Origin: Oikopleura dioica | Taxonomy: Eukaryota; Animalia; Chordata | Assembly: GCA_907165135.1 (NCBI GenBank) | Contig: OU015567.1 | Location: 11,966,001 to 12,030,000, forward strand | Direction of reading: 5' to 3' | Length of the DNA stretch: 64,000 bases | In this document: in pieces, positions 25,450-39,300 of the stretch | Layout: the number at the start of each line of letters is the position of its first letter | How positions within the stretch are numbered: position 1 is the first letter of the stretch | The notes under the pieces: model-generated | Databases searched by the model: none | Told to the model about the DNA's origin: nothing | Seen by the model: the letters and a program-made list of their open reading frames with translations, nothing else | Translations under genes and position numbers: made by a program

Positions 25450-27039
25450 AGTCATAAATTAATGATAAAATTAATACTGGATGAATGAATGCTCATCATA
25501 TCGAGCACTGTAGCGCAAAATTGCACCCCAAACAAGATCTGTCTTCTTTTGCCTTTGGTCGGCAGAAAAATCAGTCTCTGCGCAAAGGGAAAAAATACGC
25601 TGAAAGCCACAAAAAATACATTTCAAGTTTGCTTCGCCCGCGTTTGCGAAAAAACTCCACCCGAGTTAGTCTTGCCACGTCTTTGTCTGTCAGATCTTTT
25701 TAAATGCTATTGGCCTAAGAGAAGGCAGCAGCAATAAGTTGAGAGACATTGAAGTTGGAGAGAAGAAGACTGAAAGAATCTTCTCAGGAGCTTAAAAAAG
25801 CTAAAGCGTTTTTTCATATAAGAGAGAATGAGTTTTATAACAGAGAATATGTAATTGTACGAAAGAAAAAACCAGAGCATCAGTTAAAATCTATCATTAT
25901 TTTTTAGAAAGATAACTTAAAAATTGTTTCAATAATAACCACAAAAAGGGACTCTTGTATAAATTCAAGTGCCAAGGGCGGTCCGAGCCGAACGGTAAGG
26001 CCGAAAGTCGCCATGTTACAGTTTGTTTACAAGAGTGACCACAAGTAAGCCCTAAGAAAAATGGTTTCCTTGAAATTCCGCCGGGCAAATTTGAGAAAAT
26101 ATGGAAAAAACCAAGAGAGAAAAGATCGGAAAAAGCGCCATCCAACGGGCAGCACCACTGGTGGCTCCAATGAACCACACCGTGTATTCTTCTCCCGCTG
26201 CGGTGGCCTGTGCTATGCCCCGTGCTCACTGTATCCTTTTGTCAAGGCTTCTAACGGAGTTTAATTAAGGTACTCAAAGACACGAGAGCTCAAGAGCATT
26301 TGACGCGGAGCTTTTGATTTGAAGCTGAAATCTGTTCTGCTGCTCTAATCAGTACGTGAGGGCCCTGCGCGGCCAGTCTCAAGGTCATAATTTCACAAAA
26401 ACCAGCTTTAAAGACAGTTAATTGGCCATTTCTAAGCATCAATAGGCGGTTCTCGGTAAAAACAAAAACCTCAAAAATTTTGGCGGATTTTGGCCCTTTC
26501 CTTGTTGATTTCCCTTCTTCGAAAAGTCTCTGACAATTCGGCACTCGCCGGCGGACAATTCACATTTTTTCCAATTTAAAAGCGCTGCCAAAATCTCTGA
26601 AATTCGGAAAATTCTCACAAAAAACCGCTGAGCGGCCAACTCTGTGCAACGAATAGGAGGCAATGGTAGCACCTTGAACTTCCTTCTTTTCGCTAAGGTA
26701 GCTATCGATTCTAATTCGTCATTGCGAGGGCGAAGCGCATGGCTCCCTCCATTTCAGAGGGCCCTACCACGCCAGAGCACAAGGGTGGTCAATAGCTTCC
26801 AGAGCATGTCTCTCAGACGGGATAGTCAAAGCTGGACATATGCTCTAAAATTGCTCGAAATTTTGCGGGCGCAGTTTGACCAGGCTTCAAATTACCCTTT
26901 AATTAAGAAGGCTAAGTCTCCTAACTACCCACTGAATCTTATTGTTGCAGGGGTTTGAACAGATACGCAGAACCCTAAGACATGTTCTTCCTTAAGAATT
27001 CTTGATTTTGATTCTGATATTAGCTAGCAATTACAGGTG

Positions 27040-27380
27040 GCTTTACTAATACGCGGGTCTATTTGCAGCATAAATAAAAAACCCAAATTGATTCACGGTT
27101 TGTTCAATGAAATCAAGGAAGAGAACCTGCCGGAAAACAGGTTTTTGTCGACGAGTATTCAGTTGGAGCCATTTTTGGTTGCAGGTGATATACAGTTCCG
27201 TGCTAGCCCTAAGAGCAACTTGACCCGAGTGTGGTTGCTGGCGAGGACGTGAGGCGGTGGACGGTGACGGATCGTGACTGACTTGCCCCAGTCGCCTTCA
27301 GCGCCATAATTCGACCAGCGAGCGCCAGCACCAAGACCTCCACCGCCACCGCCAAGACCATATTTCCTTAAGTCTTTCTT
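27040..27380 (-). other. Coding-like exon segments (Gly-rich DDKKDLRKYGLGGGGGGLGAGARW..; QPHSGQVALRASTELYITCNQKW..), possibly downstream exons of the FN1-repeat gene
   Basis: Open frames with protein-like composition. The phase-1 acceptor at about 27380 is compatible with the phase-1 donor at 28578. Linkage not proven. Confidence 0.3.
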
Positions 27381-28578
27381 ATCATCTTTTTAATAATGAA
27401 ACTTTTTCCTTGATAGCCGAGATCAGTAGAGCCAACGTACCCAACTAACTAAGTTGAACTAAGCAAATACGAGATGAATCTTTTCTCAAATTTGTTGAAA
27501 GTCTGTTAATTATGATTTTGCGGTTGTAAAGTTTTAGGTCAAGAGCTTGGGCCAAAAGCGGAAAATTCGCGAATAAGCATTTATAAATATTTAACATCGA
27601 TCTCTTCTATTGAAGATTCTGGATGTTGGAATCAAAATAAATGATGAAATTCAAACTGGAATTTTTTTTCAAGTTTAACGACCATCACGAGATATCTTTT
27701 GGACAACAGATCGATCATCGATCAAGAGACTCTTTTGATTGTAGCATGTAAAGTTTATCCGTGAAAATACGTATGAATTTGTTTTTCGCGATCTAAGATC
27801 TTGGAACGAGTAATTGTCGATTCGTGTAACGGTTAACGAAATTTCGAAATTGAAACTCAGGAAGGGAGCCTTCAACAAAGCCCTGTTTGGAAAAGGAAGC
27901 TCTTTTTTCCGTCTGATCACGTGCTGAAGCTGTCTATCTCTTTGATAATTCAATTTTATGGGGCGACTTAAACCGCATCGAAAAGTTCGAATTTAAGTCA
28001 GTTGTTCTCTTTTTTTAGAAGTTTAAGATCTTTTTAGTTCAAAAATATCTAAATAGAATATTCCCTAGTCAAGCAGTTTTGATGATGCGAGGTAAATGCA
28101 GTGATTCTATTGCCCGAGGGAATCCTGTTCTAGGGCTTGTAGCCTTTCTAAACTGAACTTCGGAGGCCAAATTTACCTGCGGTTTAGTACGGTGATTGAC
28201 TTTTTAAAACGAGGATTGAGCAACAAAAGATGATTATTCCGCTACAATTTGATTCAATATTGACCAAAGTCTGGGAGACTTAAAATCGCTGCTCGATTCG
28301 TAAGAATACTTTTATTCGGAATCAAAGTTAGAGCCTTTAACTTTGCTTTAATTTTACAGACAATAAAGAGAGTAAGTTCTAATCGTAGTCGACTTCGATT
28401 TCTTGAGTTGCCACGGCGTCTAAAATTGTTTTAATACTATCAACCCTTTTCCGTTTTAATTTGCTCTGTTCAAAGCTGGTCGATATTATGTATTCTATCA
28501 CGTGCGGGTGCACGTGACCCTCGTCATCGACAAGGGCTTAGGAAAAAAAAAGAAATTACGATTCACGTCGTCTCTCAC

Positions 28579-29800
28579 CTTGAATCGGTTTGGCTTCGAT
28601 AATGCACGAAGTCCTGGCAGCGTCGATGCATTGGCAAGTTTGTTTCTGAGTTGCTGTTTCGATAACGATTTCTTCTCCCTTTTCCTGGGGTAGCCAAACT
28701 GCTTATTGTTGCAATTATAAATATTATCATTTTCGCGCGTTTTTATCAGCGGCGTCCTTAGCTAACCCTGGAACGATTAGCGCGCTAGAAGATAAGAGGA
28801 AGATATCTCCCAAGTCTACAAGTGTTATCTGTGGAAGTATTTAACAGTCTGCTCCCCATTTCCTTCTCGTAATACTCCCCATTCAAGATGCAATACCGGC
28901 TAAGTTCGCAAGAAATAAACCTCGTCTTCTCATCCCCTGAGCATTTGCAATCACGGATCTTTATTCGGAGATTGACATAATATCAAATTCTCAAGTTGAG
29001 AATTTCAACTAAAGAACAAAACTACGATGAATTGTCAACCACGTTCCAGGTTGTCGTCTGTGCGTGTTTGCTCAAACTCGGTATTCAAAGGGTATTTGTT
29101 CTGCGTATGCGCGTCCCAGCAACCTGGATTGATCTCCTTACAATCCACTGAACCTTTTCGTGTGCCCAAACATTCGCACTAAAGAAATTTTAGAAGTCAG
29201 CAACGAGGAAAGTTTAGAAAACTGTCAGTAACTCGTCATAATTGCGTGTCAAATTGATCTAGCTTGTAGCAATTAGTAGCAATTATATAACTACCCGCGT
29301 TTGTTGTCAAACAACTGAAATCATGAGTTCATGTACACGTCTGACAGAAATTTGAACGAATATTGTCTAACTAAGGCCTTTTTTGAAAAAGAATAGAAAG
29401 ACTTGTACTTTGACGAGCCTTACCTCGTAATCCATGTGTTTGTCCATATAATTGTAGAGCTTGAACTTCTCCCCAATCTCGTAACCCCTATCGTTGATAA
29501 TACAGGGAAGTGACAATGAGCTGCATCTCATCGAGCCATCTGCTTGGCAGACGCATGAAAACTGCCCCTGCATTCCTTTTGTTGGACCGTCGTTGAAGAT
29601 TTTGTTTCTTTCGGAGATTTTCGGAGATTTCGCTTCAACAAGATTCGATTTCCGTGGAAAACCCGTTGCCTGACCCACTCCTCGTTAGGTTGATAAAAAA
29701 CACCTGTATCTGGATCTCTACAAACCGCATTGCTAGAAACTTGCCCAACAGATGCAGCTTCGGAAGAGAGCGCTAGAATCGTTCCTACGGCAAGTTTCAT
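28579..29800 (-). CDS. Secreted protein with four fibronectin type-I-like modules; 3' end unresolved
   Basis: Signal peptide MKLAVGTILALSSEAA. Modules: CRDPDTGVFYQPNEEW..SCVCQADGSMRC; CIINDRGYEIGEKF..CECLGTRKGSVDC; CWDAHTQNKYPLNTEF..DCKCSGDEKTRFISC; CILNGEYYEKGEE..TCQCIDAARTSC. All follow the 4-Cys C..C.C..C FN1 pattern. Confidence 0.75.
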
Positions 29801-30370
29801 TTTCCCCTTCTGATCGTCTCTCTTTCGATTCTTGGCCCAAAGCCGAAGAGGTATTTCAACTTTTTCAGATTGATGATTGATTCGGGAAAATCAACCCAGA
29901 TCAACAACAAATAGCTAATTTGAGAGCAAACAAGCGGGACTCATTCAAACAGCTGATTTGTGATACATACCGTTTTACAGCTGATTCAGCTAAAATCAGA
30001 CGAACCAATTTACTGATCTCATTATTTTTTTTACACTTTTTTACTCAAAACCGCATCTCTGAATTTTGAATAATTTCATGTCTTGCAGGGAGGATTTGAC
30101 CTTCTTCGAATAAATAAAATAAGGGACGCTGCTTACAATAAATTCAGAGGAACCAATTCCTAAAGATCAAGACTCTGTCTAGACAATTTGATATTTTCTT
30201 GGCATTTTCTTCCGCAAAATGCAAAAAGTCTATTCATTTGAGTCTGATGATTTAATTGAAGATTGTTTTATTACAAAAATATAATATATATCATACGAAA
30301 TGATGATTCGCTATGTACAGAGTTATACAGAATAAAATAAATAATATAATATCATTTTTTTTTCGTTGAG

Positions 30371-33300
30371 CTAGTCAGCAAGCTGGCAAAGTACCGCAGC
30401 GCCTCTGTTAATCCAGTGCGCTGGCTCTTTCTTAGTTGGTAGATGCATCGGTACGACAAAGTTCGTTGAGTGCCCAGTTGTTGATAGAACACCCTGACGC
30501 AATCCTTCTTTGTACAAAGGACAGATGTAGTCTGCCTTGTCGGGCGTGAAGTCCATTTCTGGCACCATCATGAAGACGGGCACGGGCGTGTTCATCACTC
30601 CAAGGTCGCTTTCTGTCATGCACATTTCATTGTCGTCCCATTTCCACGCGTCGGTGAAGATTCCGTGAACAAGAGCGCCATCTTCTGGGTCTGCGATTTC
30701 GTCGTCTTCTGGGCACGTGCCATCGTTTGCATCTAGAAAACTCGTAAAATTTGGTTTGGTGGGGTGAAGAATATACCTAAAATATCTTGGTAGGTAGCCT
30801 GATCGCGATATCTCTGTGTCATCGTAAACTTGAAACTCAGATGATCAATTGGCAAGTCGTACTTTCTCGCGTGTGTTTGAAGCAAACCAGTGAGGAAACC
30901 CTGAGTATAGAAGAATCCAGAGATCCAGAAGGTCTTGCACGTTCCCAACTCGATCCATCTCTTGGTGAAGATTAACCGAAGACGCAAATCGTTGACCCAG
31001 GATGAGAGAGGCTTCAAAGATGGATACGCGGCCTACAATCAATTAAAAAAAGGCAAAGGGGTTAAATTTTTACCTTTCTGTAAAGGTCCGGCACTTGATT
31101 ATTCAAGAAGGCGATAAAGATTGACTCCATTTCTTCGTTCATAACGACCAAACCCGCAATCGCCTTTTTCAACGTCTCAAGTGACGTTTTGATAACTCGC
31201 TGAAGCTTGGCAAATCTTTCGACTTCCTGCTTCAAGACCGTCGTCATACTGTACTCTCGTCCTTTGTGATCCAGCTCGAAGAGTTCTCGTTTTCCCTCTT
31301 CGATGTCGAGCACAACATCGATTTTTTCCAGAATGCTCTCAGCCATGGCCATGACCTTGTCATCATCGGATGAGCCACCGCTGCCGCCACTTGACCTAGG
31401 CTGCAAGTCAAGAATCGTTCCCACAATCGCCTGCGTTTCCTGACGCAAGAACGCCAAGTTAGCATTTTCGTGCATGCCAAATACAACTGGCTCGTCTGTA
31501 AGTGGAAGCTGCTCAATGTAATCCTGGAAGCTCTTGAGGGTATCGCCTGCTGGCGCGTAGTAAACTGATGATCCGGAGAACTTGTAGTTGAGATCAAGAG
31601 TTTTTGGTGCGAAGAAACGGACCAAAATGGCGTCAAGACATCGCTGATCCCAGGCATCAGTAACTCGGCCACCATAAGTGATCATTCCTAAATTGAATGT
31701 ATAAGACAAGTATTTTTAATCATTTAATATTAAAACTGATAAATTTCAATAAATAAGTCAGCAAAAATTAATCTCTTTACCTGTAATGTAAGTAAGAGCA
31801 TCCCATGGAATCTTGCCACCCTTACAGAAGAGGTCCAAGTTTAGAAGGCAGCATTCACGATCAGAATCGTTAAATTCATACTTGATGTTCCATCCCAGAG
31901 GTCCAAACTTCTTTCGTTCTTGCAAGATTGCATGGAAGAAGCACAAGCTGAATACAATACGTCTCCAGTCGAGTTTTAGCTCGTGACTTTCGAAATGCGC
32001 CGCGTCGATTTCTGCAAGCGCTCGTCGAACGTTTGCGCGCAGACCCTTTGGCGGCTCGTTGGTGACTTTGACCGAGGATTGGAGGACAGAGACTGGGAAG
32101 TAATTCGCCGGCATGGCCGAGAGGTACAGTCTGAAGTCCTTGTTCAGCGTGACGCCGGGCTCGTTGAAGCCCTTGACGATTTCCTCGAGACGGGGAAGCC
32201 ACGACTTGGCCAAGTGACAATTCTGAAGGAAAACCCAGTCGCCGTTTTTCGTCGCGGATGTAATCAAACGCTCAGCCACGGGCCCTTGACCTTGACCGAG
32301 TGAGATGGCGTGGACTCGCTCTAAATAATTGCTCTCAGAAGCGAATCGCTGGAAAGCGCCCATAGGATCTGAGCCAGCTGAGAGGACGAAGACCAAGGGG
32401 CTTGAGGGAGTCATGTTAGCGTAAAGATCGCCAATGGAAACTGGTGGATTTTCGACAAATGGCTTTCCGATGTTGAGAATGACAAAATCTTGAATTGCAG
32501 TCACGACTCGTTCATCAGCGAAGAACTTGAGAAGCATGAGCTTTGCGAAACTTGATAGTCGATCATTCCAGTGGCCGATAATTTCTGGCTCTTCTTCTTC
32601 CTCTACAGGAGATTTTCCAGGCAAAGGGGGTGGAGTTTCATGTGAGTATGCGTGTTCGCCTTTAGGTGGGTTCAATCGCAGCTCGTTGCCGCCGAGGATG
32701 ATATGAATCGGCGTGCGTGTCACGTCGGCTTTGAGCCCCTTGAATATCTCGGGTTGCTCGTCTTCCAGGTCCACGATTTTGTTCCACGTATCTTCTGTAA
32801 GTCCAGCTATGCCTGTGGGCATAGAAGGCCGTTCTTTCTCAAGTGGAGGAAGACCACGGAGGAAGAGAAGCCACTGATCGTCTGGGATAACTCCACGCAT
32901 TCTCAGAATATCCACACACATCATGAATGAGAACATCAACTTATGCCGTTCAAATAGACCTCTGGAAACGTTTTGATAAATTGCCATTGAGCAAACATCA
33001 ATCAGTTGCCTCAGGCGTGCTTCGAGATCATCTTTTTTCGGCGCAGTGGAGATGGTATTGTTGAAAATATCCGTAAAGTATTTGAGCGAGAACTGGTACA
33101 TAGGATCGACGTTTCCGAGCGCTGCGACGACAAAATAGAGTACTGAGCCGCGGTTTGCAACCGGACGGTACTTTTCTCGTGCTTCCGAAATGGAAGCCTC
33201 AGTCTTTTCGGCTTCCTGCATTCTGTTGTTAATGACGCCAGAGGTAACCTTGGAATCGGCCAGCGTGTTGATAAGTGCCTCATTGTCCAATATATTGCCT

Positions 33301-36300
33301 TCGGAAGTGAAGAGGAGGTGCAGGATTTTGTCTTCAATGCCACCGAGCTGTTCTTTATCGGCATTGATCTTGACGACAAGTTGCGTACGCGTTTCCTCCA
33401 AATCCGGTCGTTCCAAACGCACAACGTCAGCAAGGACTTGGTCCTCCAAACCACTTAGGGTGACGGTAAAGTTAATGATCGTGACTTTGATGCAAATCTC
33501 TGGCAAGTAGTGAGGGTTGGACATCTTGGTGGTCATGTAAAAACGGAAGTTCTTGTCGTAATCGATGTCACTGTCACCAAGTCGAATAAGTGTTCGACCG
33601 CCAGATACAAAAGTCTGTTTGAGTAAAATTGGCTCAAGAGCGGGATCAAGAGTTTCTTCAATTTCTTCAAGCAGGACTGGTTGACCAATTCGAATAGCAT
33701 TTTCAAGAGTTCGCAAGAAGGTAGAATCAGAAAGTTTGATGACCTTCAAGCCGTTCTTTTGCTCCTTTGATCGGATCCATCTGTTGGCTTGATCCTGAGG
33801 ATCGATCATCAATGGCCATCGACGAGCTCGAGTAACCAAAAGAGCATTTTCTGTTGAGACATCGTCTCGTGGCAAGCCTTCCGTATTCCATTGTCTAATT
33901 TCATAAGGGTCACCAAGGATGGAAGCAAGTGAGAGTGTTTTAGAAGTGGGAATTCCAAGTTCGATGCACTTATCTTTCCAGGTGTCGATAAGACGTACTC
34001 GATATTCGGAGGTGAAGGCACCGTAGTAAGAAACACACGCCGCGGCGATAAAGACATCTCCCACAACGTTGCCGATAAGCTCATCGTACATGATCACATT
34101 CTCACCCCATCGAACTTGTTCATCGGCCAAGGCGGTTGTTAATTTGGCCGCACGCTTCAATCGCGCTTCTGTGAGTGCCATTTGTTCCATCAACGAGTTT
34201 TTCTCGTTAACAGAGGCTTCGAAAGATGCCTCAAGACCGGCGATTTTATCTTTGACTTCTTGGAGCTGAGCCTGTTTCTGCGCCAAACCTTCCATGACGA
34301 TTTTGAGTTCGGCCTGAGCGTTAGCGAGTTTTTGTCGCTTTGGCTCGACTTCTCGGATCACACGTGAGTAGACATCCATCGCTCGAACCCACATGCACAT
34401 AGAAGTGCAGGCTTTGGAAACTTTCGCGACTTTCTCGGGAACAAACTCTGGGTTCTCGATGTATTTCTTGAGCTTCTTTGTTAACGACATTGGGATGTTG
34501 TCCTTGTCGTAAGTCATGAGCTTGTTCAAGAATTGAGAGTCACCAAGAACGTTCTTTGCGCTCTTCCAATCTGTCTTAGCACCCATCAGAATACACACAG
34601 CCTCCATGACGGTCTGGACCATTTCTGGTGGAGTAGTGAAAACTCGCAACTCGGAGATGTCAGATTTATCAAGAGAGTTAAGCGCATCGTTAGCAGCTTC
34701 AAGAGCTGGCAGAGCTTCATCAAGATCTCGTTGGGCGTCGTCTGCGATCGCTTGAGTCTCCGTCTTTTTAATCATTGCGGCTGCTTCTTCAGCAGAAACG
34801 ACCTCTTCAACTTGACGAGCCGCGACTTTATCTCGGTCCAAGTCAATCATCAGCGCTTCAGTCGCCGCTGATTTCTCCTTTAAGACTGGTTCCAATTCTG
34901 TCAAATGTGCTTTCATATCGTCGATAATCTTGTTGGTTGATTGAATCTTCTCGAGACCCGTTTTGTATCGATCTCGAGCAAGGACGAGCTTCTTTCTTTT
35001 GTCTGACAGCATCGAAAGGTAGACGTTGATAAGTTCAAGATAAGAAGTCGGCGTGGTGTAGTACCTTCTGCGCAAAGCGTTGAAGAAGTCTTCTGCGGTT
35101 TCGGTGACCGAAGTGTGAATTTCCACGCACATCAATGAAAGGGGCTCTTTGAGTTCTTCGGGTATCTCATCTTCCACAGTTGAGAAGAAAGTGCGCGACA
35201 CTGACAAGAGTGCATCTCGAGGCCACTGGACGAACCAATCGATCGTACAGCAGTTGACTAACGAAGGGAACATTCGACATCTATTTCGGAAAGCAGAGCC
35301 AACTGGTGACATACAAAGAACGACGTGAAGCTTTTCTCGGACTCTGTTGATCAAAAATTGCCAAACAACATCTCGGTTACCTTCATTCAGTCCAGCTTCC
35401 TTGGCTAAGGGACGTGCAAGACCCATGATCTGCTCAAGCTCATCCTTCTCAAAGAGGTTGGGAACTTCACCGGAGTTGAGGATATTGTTGATGTCTTCCA
35501 GGAATTCTTCGACAACAATTTGTGTGTCTGTAAAAAGGAATACAGTATCGTTTTGAACAGCAAGTTTGTATAACTTTCGCAAGTCTTCGTGAAAGGCTTC
35601 GATTCCGTAGCCTCGAGTCAACTCAATCTGGAAGCAATTGTAGCCGCACATGTGAGCAGCAAGACGGGTTAGTGATTGTTTACCAGTACCACCAACACCG
35701 ACGAGCAAGGCATTTCCTCGTTCAGTTGTAATCATTCGTACAATTCGTGTAACGTGATGAATGGCGTCAGTGAAGAAGACGAGCTTCATTTCTTTAGACG
35801 AATTGAGATTGTAATCGTCGAGGTAGTCTTCCATCACGGTCTTTACTTTTTCGCCGAAGTCAGTCAGATCGTCGTAAACTCGATCGGCTTTTTCAATACC
35901 AGGCTTCATGAAATCGCCAAAGATGTACGGTTTTTCGAGGTATTTTTCAAGGTCCACTTCTTGTCGGAAATGTTTTCCAGCAACATCAAGCAACATCGAG
36001 TTGAAGTAGTCCTTATCTTCGTGGTCGATGAGACGATCATGGAAGACTCGGCTGGTTTCGTGGCAGAAAAGTCGGAAGATACCGGCTTCATCTCGGACAA
36101 CAGCTGGGTCAGCTCGAAGCATACCCTGAATGACCTTGGACAAATCTCGTAAGTTGAAAACGTAGTGTGACTTAGATGGAGTTGGAAGTAAATCTTCCTT
36201 GATTTTTGCGTAGATGTCGATAGCAGCTTGGACAGCGCCGGTTGACATTCCTCTGACATTTGGCGCAAAATCTTGAAGGAAACCGCCAAGAATAGACGAG

Positions 36301-39300
36301 AAGATGGTCTTAAGAGCTGTATCAGATGGAGATGGGATGGAGAACATAGCAAAATGACGGATCATTCTCGGCGAAACTGGATTTCGTCCACCACCAGGAG
36401 GAGCACATGCAGAGCAGAGAATGACATTTTCAATGTCTTTCCAGAACATTTTTTCGCGATCGTAGAGGCCACCGAAATCTTGGTACTGCCGAAGAAGTTC
36501 AATTGGTGGTTGAGAGCCGTAAGTGTCCAACTTGGGCATGTTAAGATCGTCAACGAAAACGACAATCTTCTTTCCGATCGGAGCGCCGAGGAGGTTTTTA
36601 CGCTTCTTTTCAAGCTTGCCTTCGATCATTTCTTGCGTTCGAGCGGATGATGTTTGAGCAGAGAAGCCAATGAAGACTGGGTTGAAATCTTTTTCGATGA
36701 GGCTCTCTAGTTGAGCTCTGGCGACGACGGATTTACCGACACCAGTCAAGCCGGTAAAGAGGACAGAATGATTCATCGTTAGGAGTTTTTCCATGATGAA
36801 CCCAAATCGAACGGTATCTACGGTTGGCACGAGAATATCGAAAAACGCAGCGCTTGGATCGTATTTGAAAACAGGGAGGATCTTTTCCCATCCTTCGAAT
36901 CGGCCCATAGATGGCTCCATATAGAATGAGAAAACATCGCCAGATTGAGGAAGTCTGATGTCATTGTTTTCTTCCATTTGTTCGCGGATAAAAGTGTCAA
37001 ACGATTCCCAACCAGATTCGTTGAGGTTTCCAGCGACGGCCCAAACGTACGCAAAAGCGAAGATTCCGCCAAGAGTCTTTGTCGCATTTGCTGGATCAGC
37101 TGCCAGCTTAGGAGCTTTGGGATCCTTTACGACAGATTCAATCAAAGAGCAGAGGGTCGCCACTTTAGCTTGGTTGACTTGGAGCATCATCTGAATAATA
37201 AGTTAAGCTAGTAAATCGTCGCTGCGTCAGGGACTCATTAAATCGAGAAAGGGACAAAAGGACATTTTCGGTTTTCGTTTTTACGATAGTTGCCTTATAC
37301 AATTCCCCTCTATGTCGTCGTCAATTGAATGAATAGAGATCATATTTGCCTGGGAAGTAATCGGTGAATAGACTTCTGACTGGCACTCGCAGACGAAAAT
37401 TTAGAGACGAGGTAAATTTTATTACTTGGATTTTTACCCATCTTTTACCTCGGGACTTTCTAGGAGAGAGCGCAGACTCTTTTCAATAAAAATCACTTGA
37501 CCGAATGATTTTTTTCATAGAAAACATTTTTGAGCGGCACTCTGAGACGCGACAGTAATTAGTGATTTCAAGAGCATTGAGCTAGAACGGCTAGGACAAA
37601 AGACGGCTCATCTCTCATAAAAACATTCTTGATGTTTGTTTGACCACTTCTCCCGCTACCCTTATTTCAATTTTAGCTACGTTCGAGTCTTCCTCTTCCG
37701 CGCCCTTTTTTGGCAGTTGGCTTTGTTTGAGAACGAGACGATTAAAAAAAAAAGAGAACGAATGGAAAGAATTTAACAAAAAGTCTTGAAAAGAGAAGAA
37801 AGATAAAAATGGTTCTTTCAAAAGAAGCCAAAATTGGGATTATCGTCGGCTCGATAGCTGGCTTCATTGTTATCACATTAGTTATTTGGTGGATATGTTA
37901 TGTAAGTTAAAAATAGTGGTTAAAAATATTGACGATAATTAAAAGGTCCGAAGAAAGCGCAAAAAAGCGGGTGAATATCGGCCCGAGAGAATGGAGCGTG
38001 CCCAGATTCAGGTGAACACAATCACAAGTTCTGGCAACGTCGAGCGTCTGATTTGACCCTGCTTTCGTCATTCGTTCTTTAAGTATTTTAAATTTTATCT
38101 GCATATATACCGCTCTATATAAATCTGCACAATCAAATAAACTGACACCAGCATTCCATGAAAACATGCGTGACACCCCTTTTATCGGTGGGTTTCTCAA
38201 ATATAAGAATAGTTCAAATTTGCATAGCCTCGGATTGTCAGAGCAACGAAGCGCTTGGGGCCAAAAAATTTTAACGTGCATACGAAAAGCTTTATTTTTT
38301 AAACGATGGCTTTCGGCTTTTTAAAATGCTGTACAAAGGAGCAAAAACCGGTCGATCCTGCAGAAAACGCCGCGCAAGAGAACCCAGCACTTCAAGAAGG
38401 ATCTGAAGCTCCTGAGCTAAAACTTCCGCCGAAAGAAAAACTCATCTAATTTCAATTCAAAAATGAGCATGAATAAATTCCTTCAACTCTTAAAACAGCT
38501 GCTTTTAAGCAAGAAAATAGGCGCGATGAGTAGTAAAAATGACTCGACGGATATTTGCGAAGCAAATTTGTATAGCTTTGAGATGTGAAAGAGAGATGGA
38601 AGCTATTAACGTCAGCGAGGAGAAATATTTTTGACAGGCTATTCTCCCCTATTCTCCCAATATTTTGCAACCTTATCAATGCCCAATAGGTCCCACGAAA
38701 ATGTCCTGTTTAAATTTTAATACCTGTTTGCAGTTTTTGCTAACAAATCGGAGGCCATCCTCGACATAAGCATCGAACAAATCAGACAGGAAATCTTTCA
38801 TAAGAGGCGTTACCAACTCGTTGTCAAGTCCTTCAAGCCACGTTCGCATGTACGGCCTCCATCCGAGATCGTTAGAGTCAATGTAGACCATACCACAGCG
38901 AGATACAGTGGCAGGTGAGGCGACAGCAAGATCTTGCACTTCGAAAACCATGTGGATTTCGGCGGAAAGTTTGATACGTTCAGAGTTGGCAAGACACAAC
39001 ATCTTGTTATCATCCAAGACAGTGTTCATGTTTTCAATCCAGAGGGCGTCGACCGGACCGTCGCAGATGATCCACTTATGATCGTCATTATAAGTTGAGG
39101 ATGCTTGTCGCACACACTTCGCCATGAGACCGTCTTTCCATTCCATCGTGAGTGGATCTTCTTCACCGTACAGCTCACCCATTGTGATTGACTTTGGATT
39201 CATAACCATCAGGGTAACTGGTTGATACTGAGGATTCTTCTGGCCTTTCTTTTTCAGAGTTTCGAGGGTATCAGCAAGGATTCGATAGACTGTAGTTTTT

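Noticed and set aside
24301-26958. Several 60-110 aa ORFs (24301-24627, 25156-25356, 25485-25737, 25897-26229, 26290-26958)
   Set aside because: No recognisable motif and no consistent exon chain could be built; may hide real exons but unsupported.
27130-27215. FGF/fascin beta-trefoil-like strand GQVALRASTELYITCNQK
   Set aside because: Single short pattern; downstream residues do not follow the FGF core.
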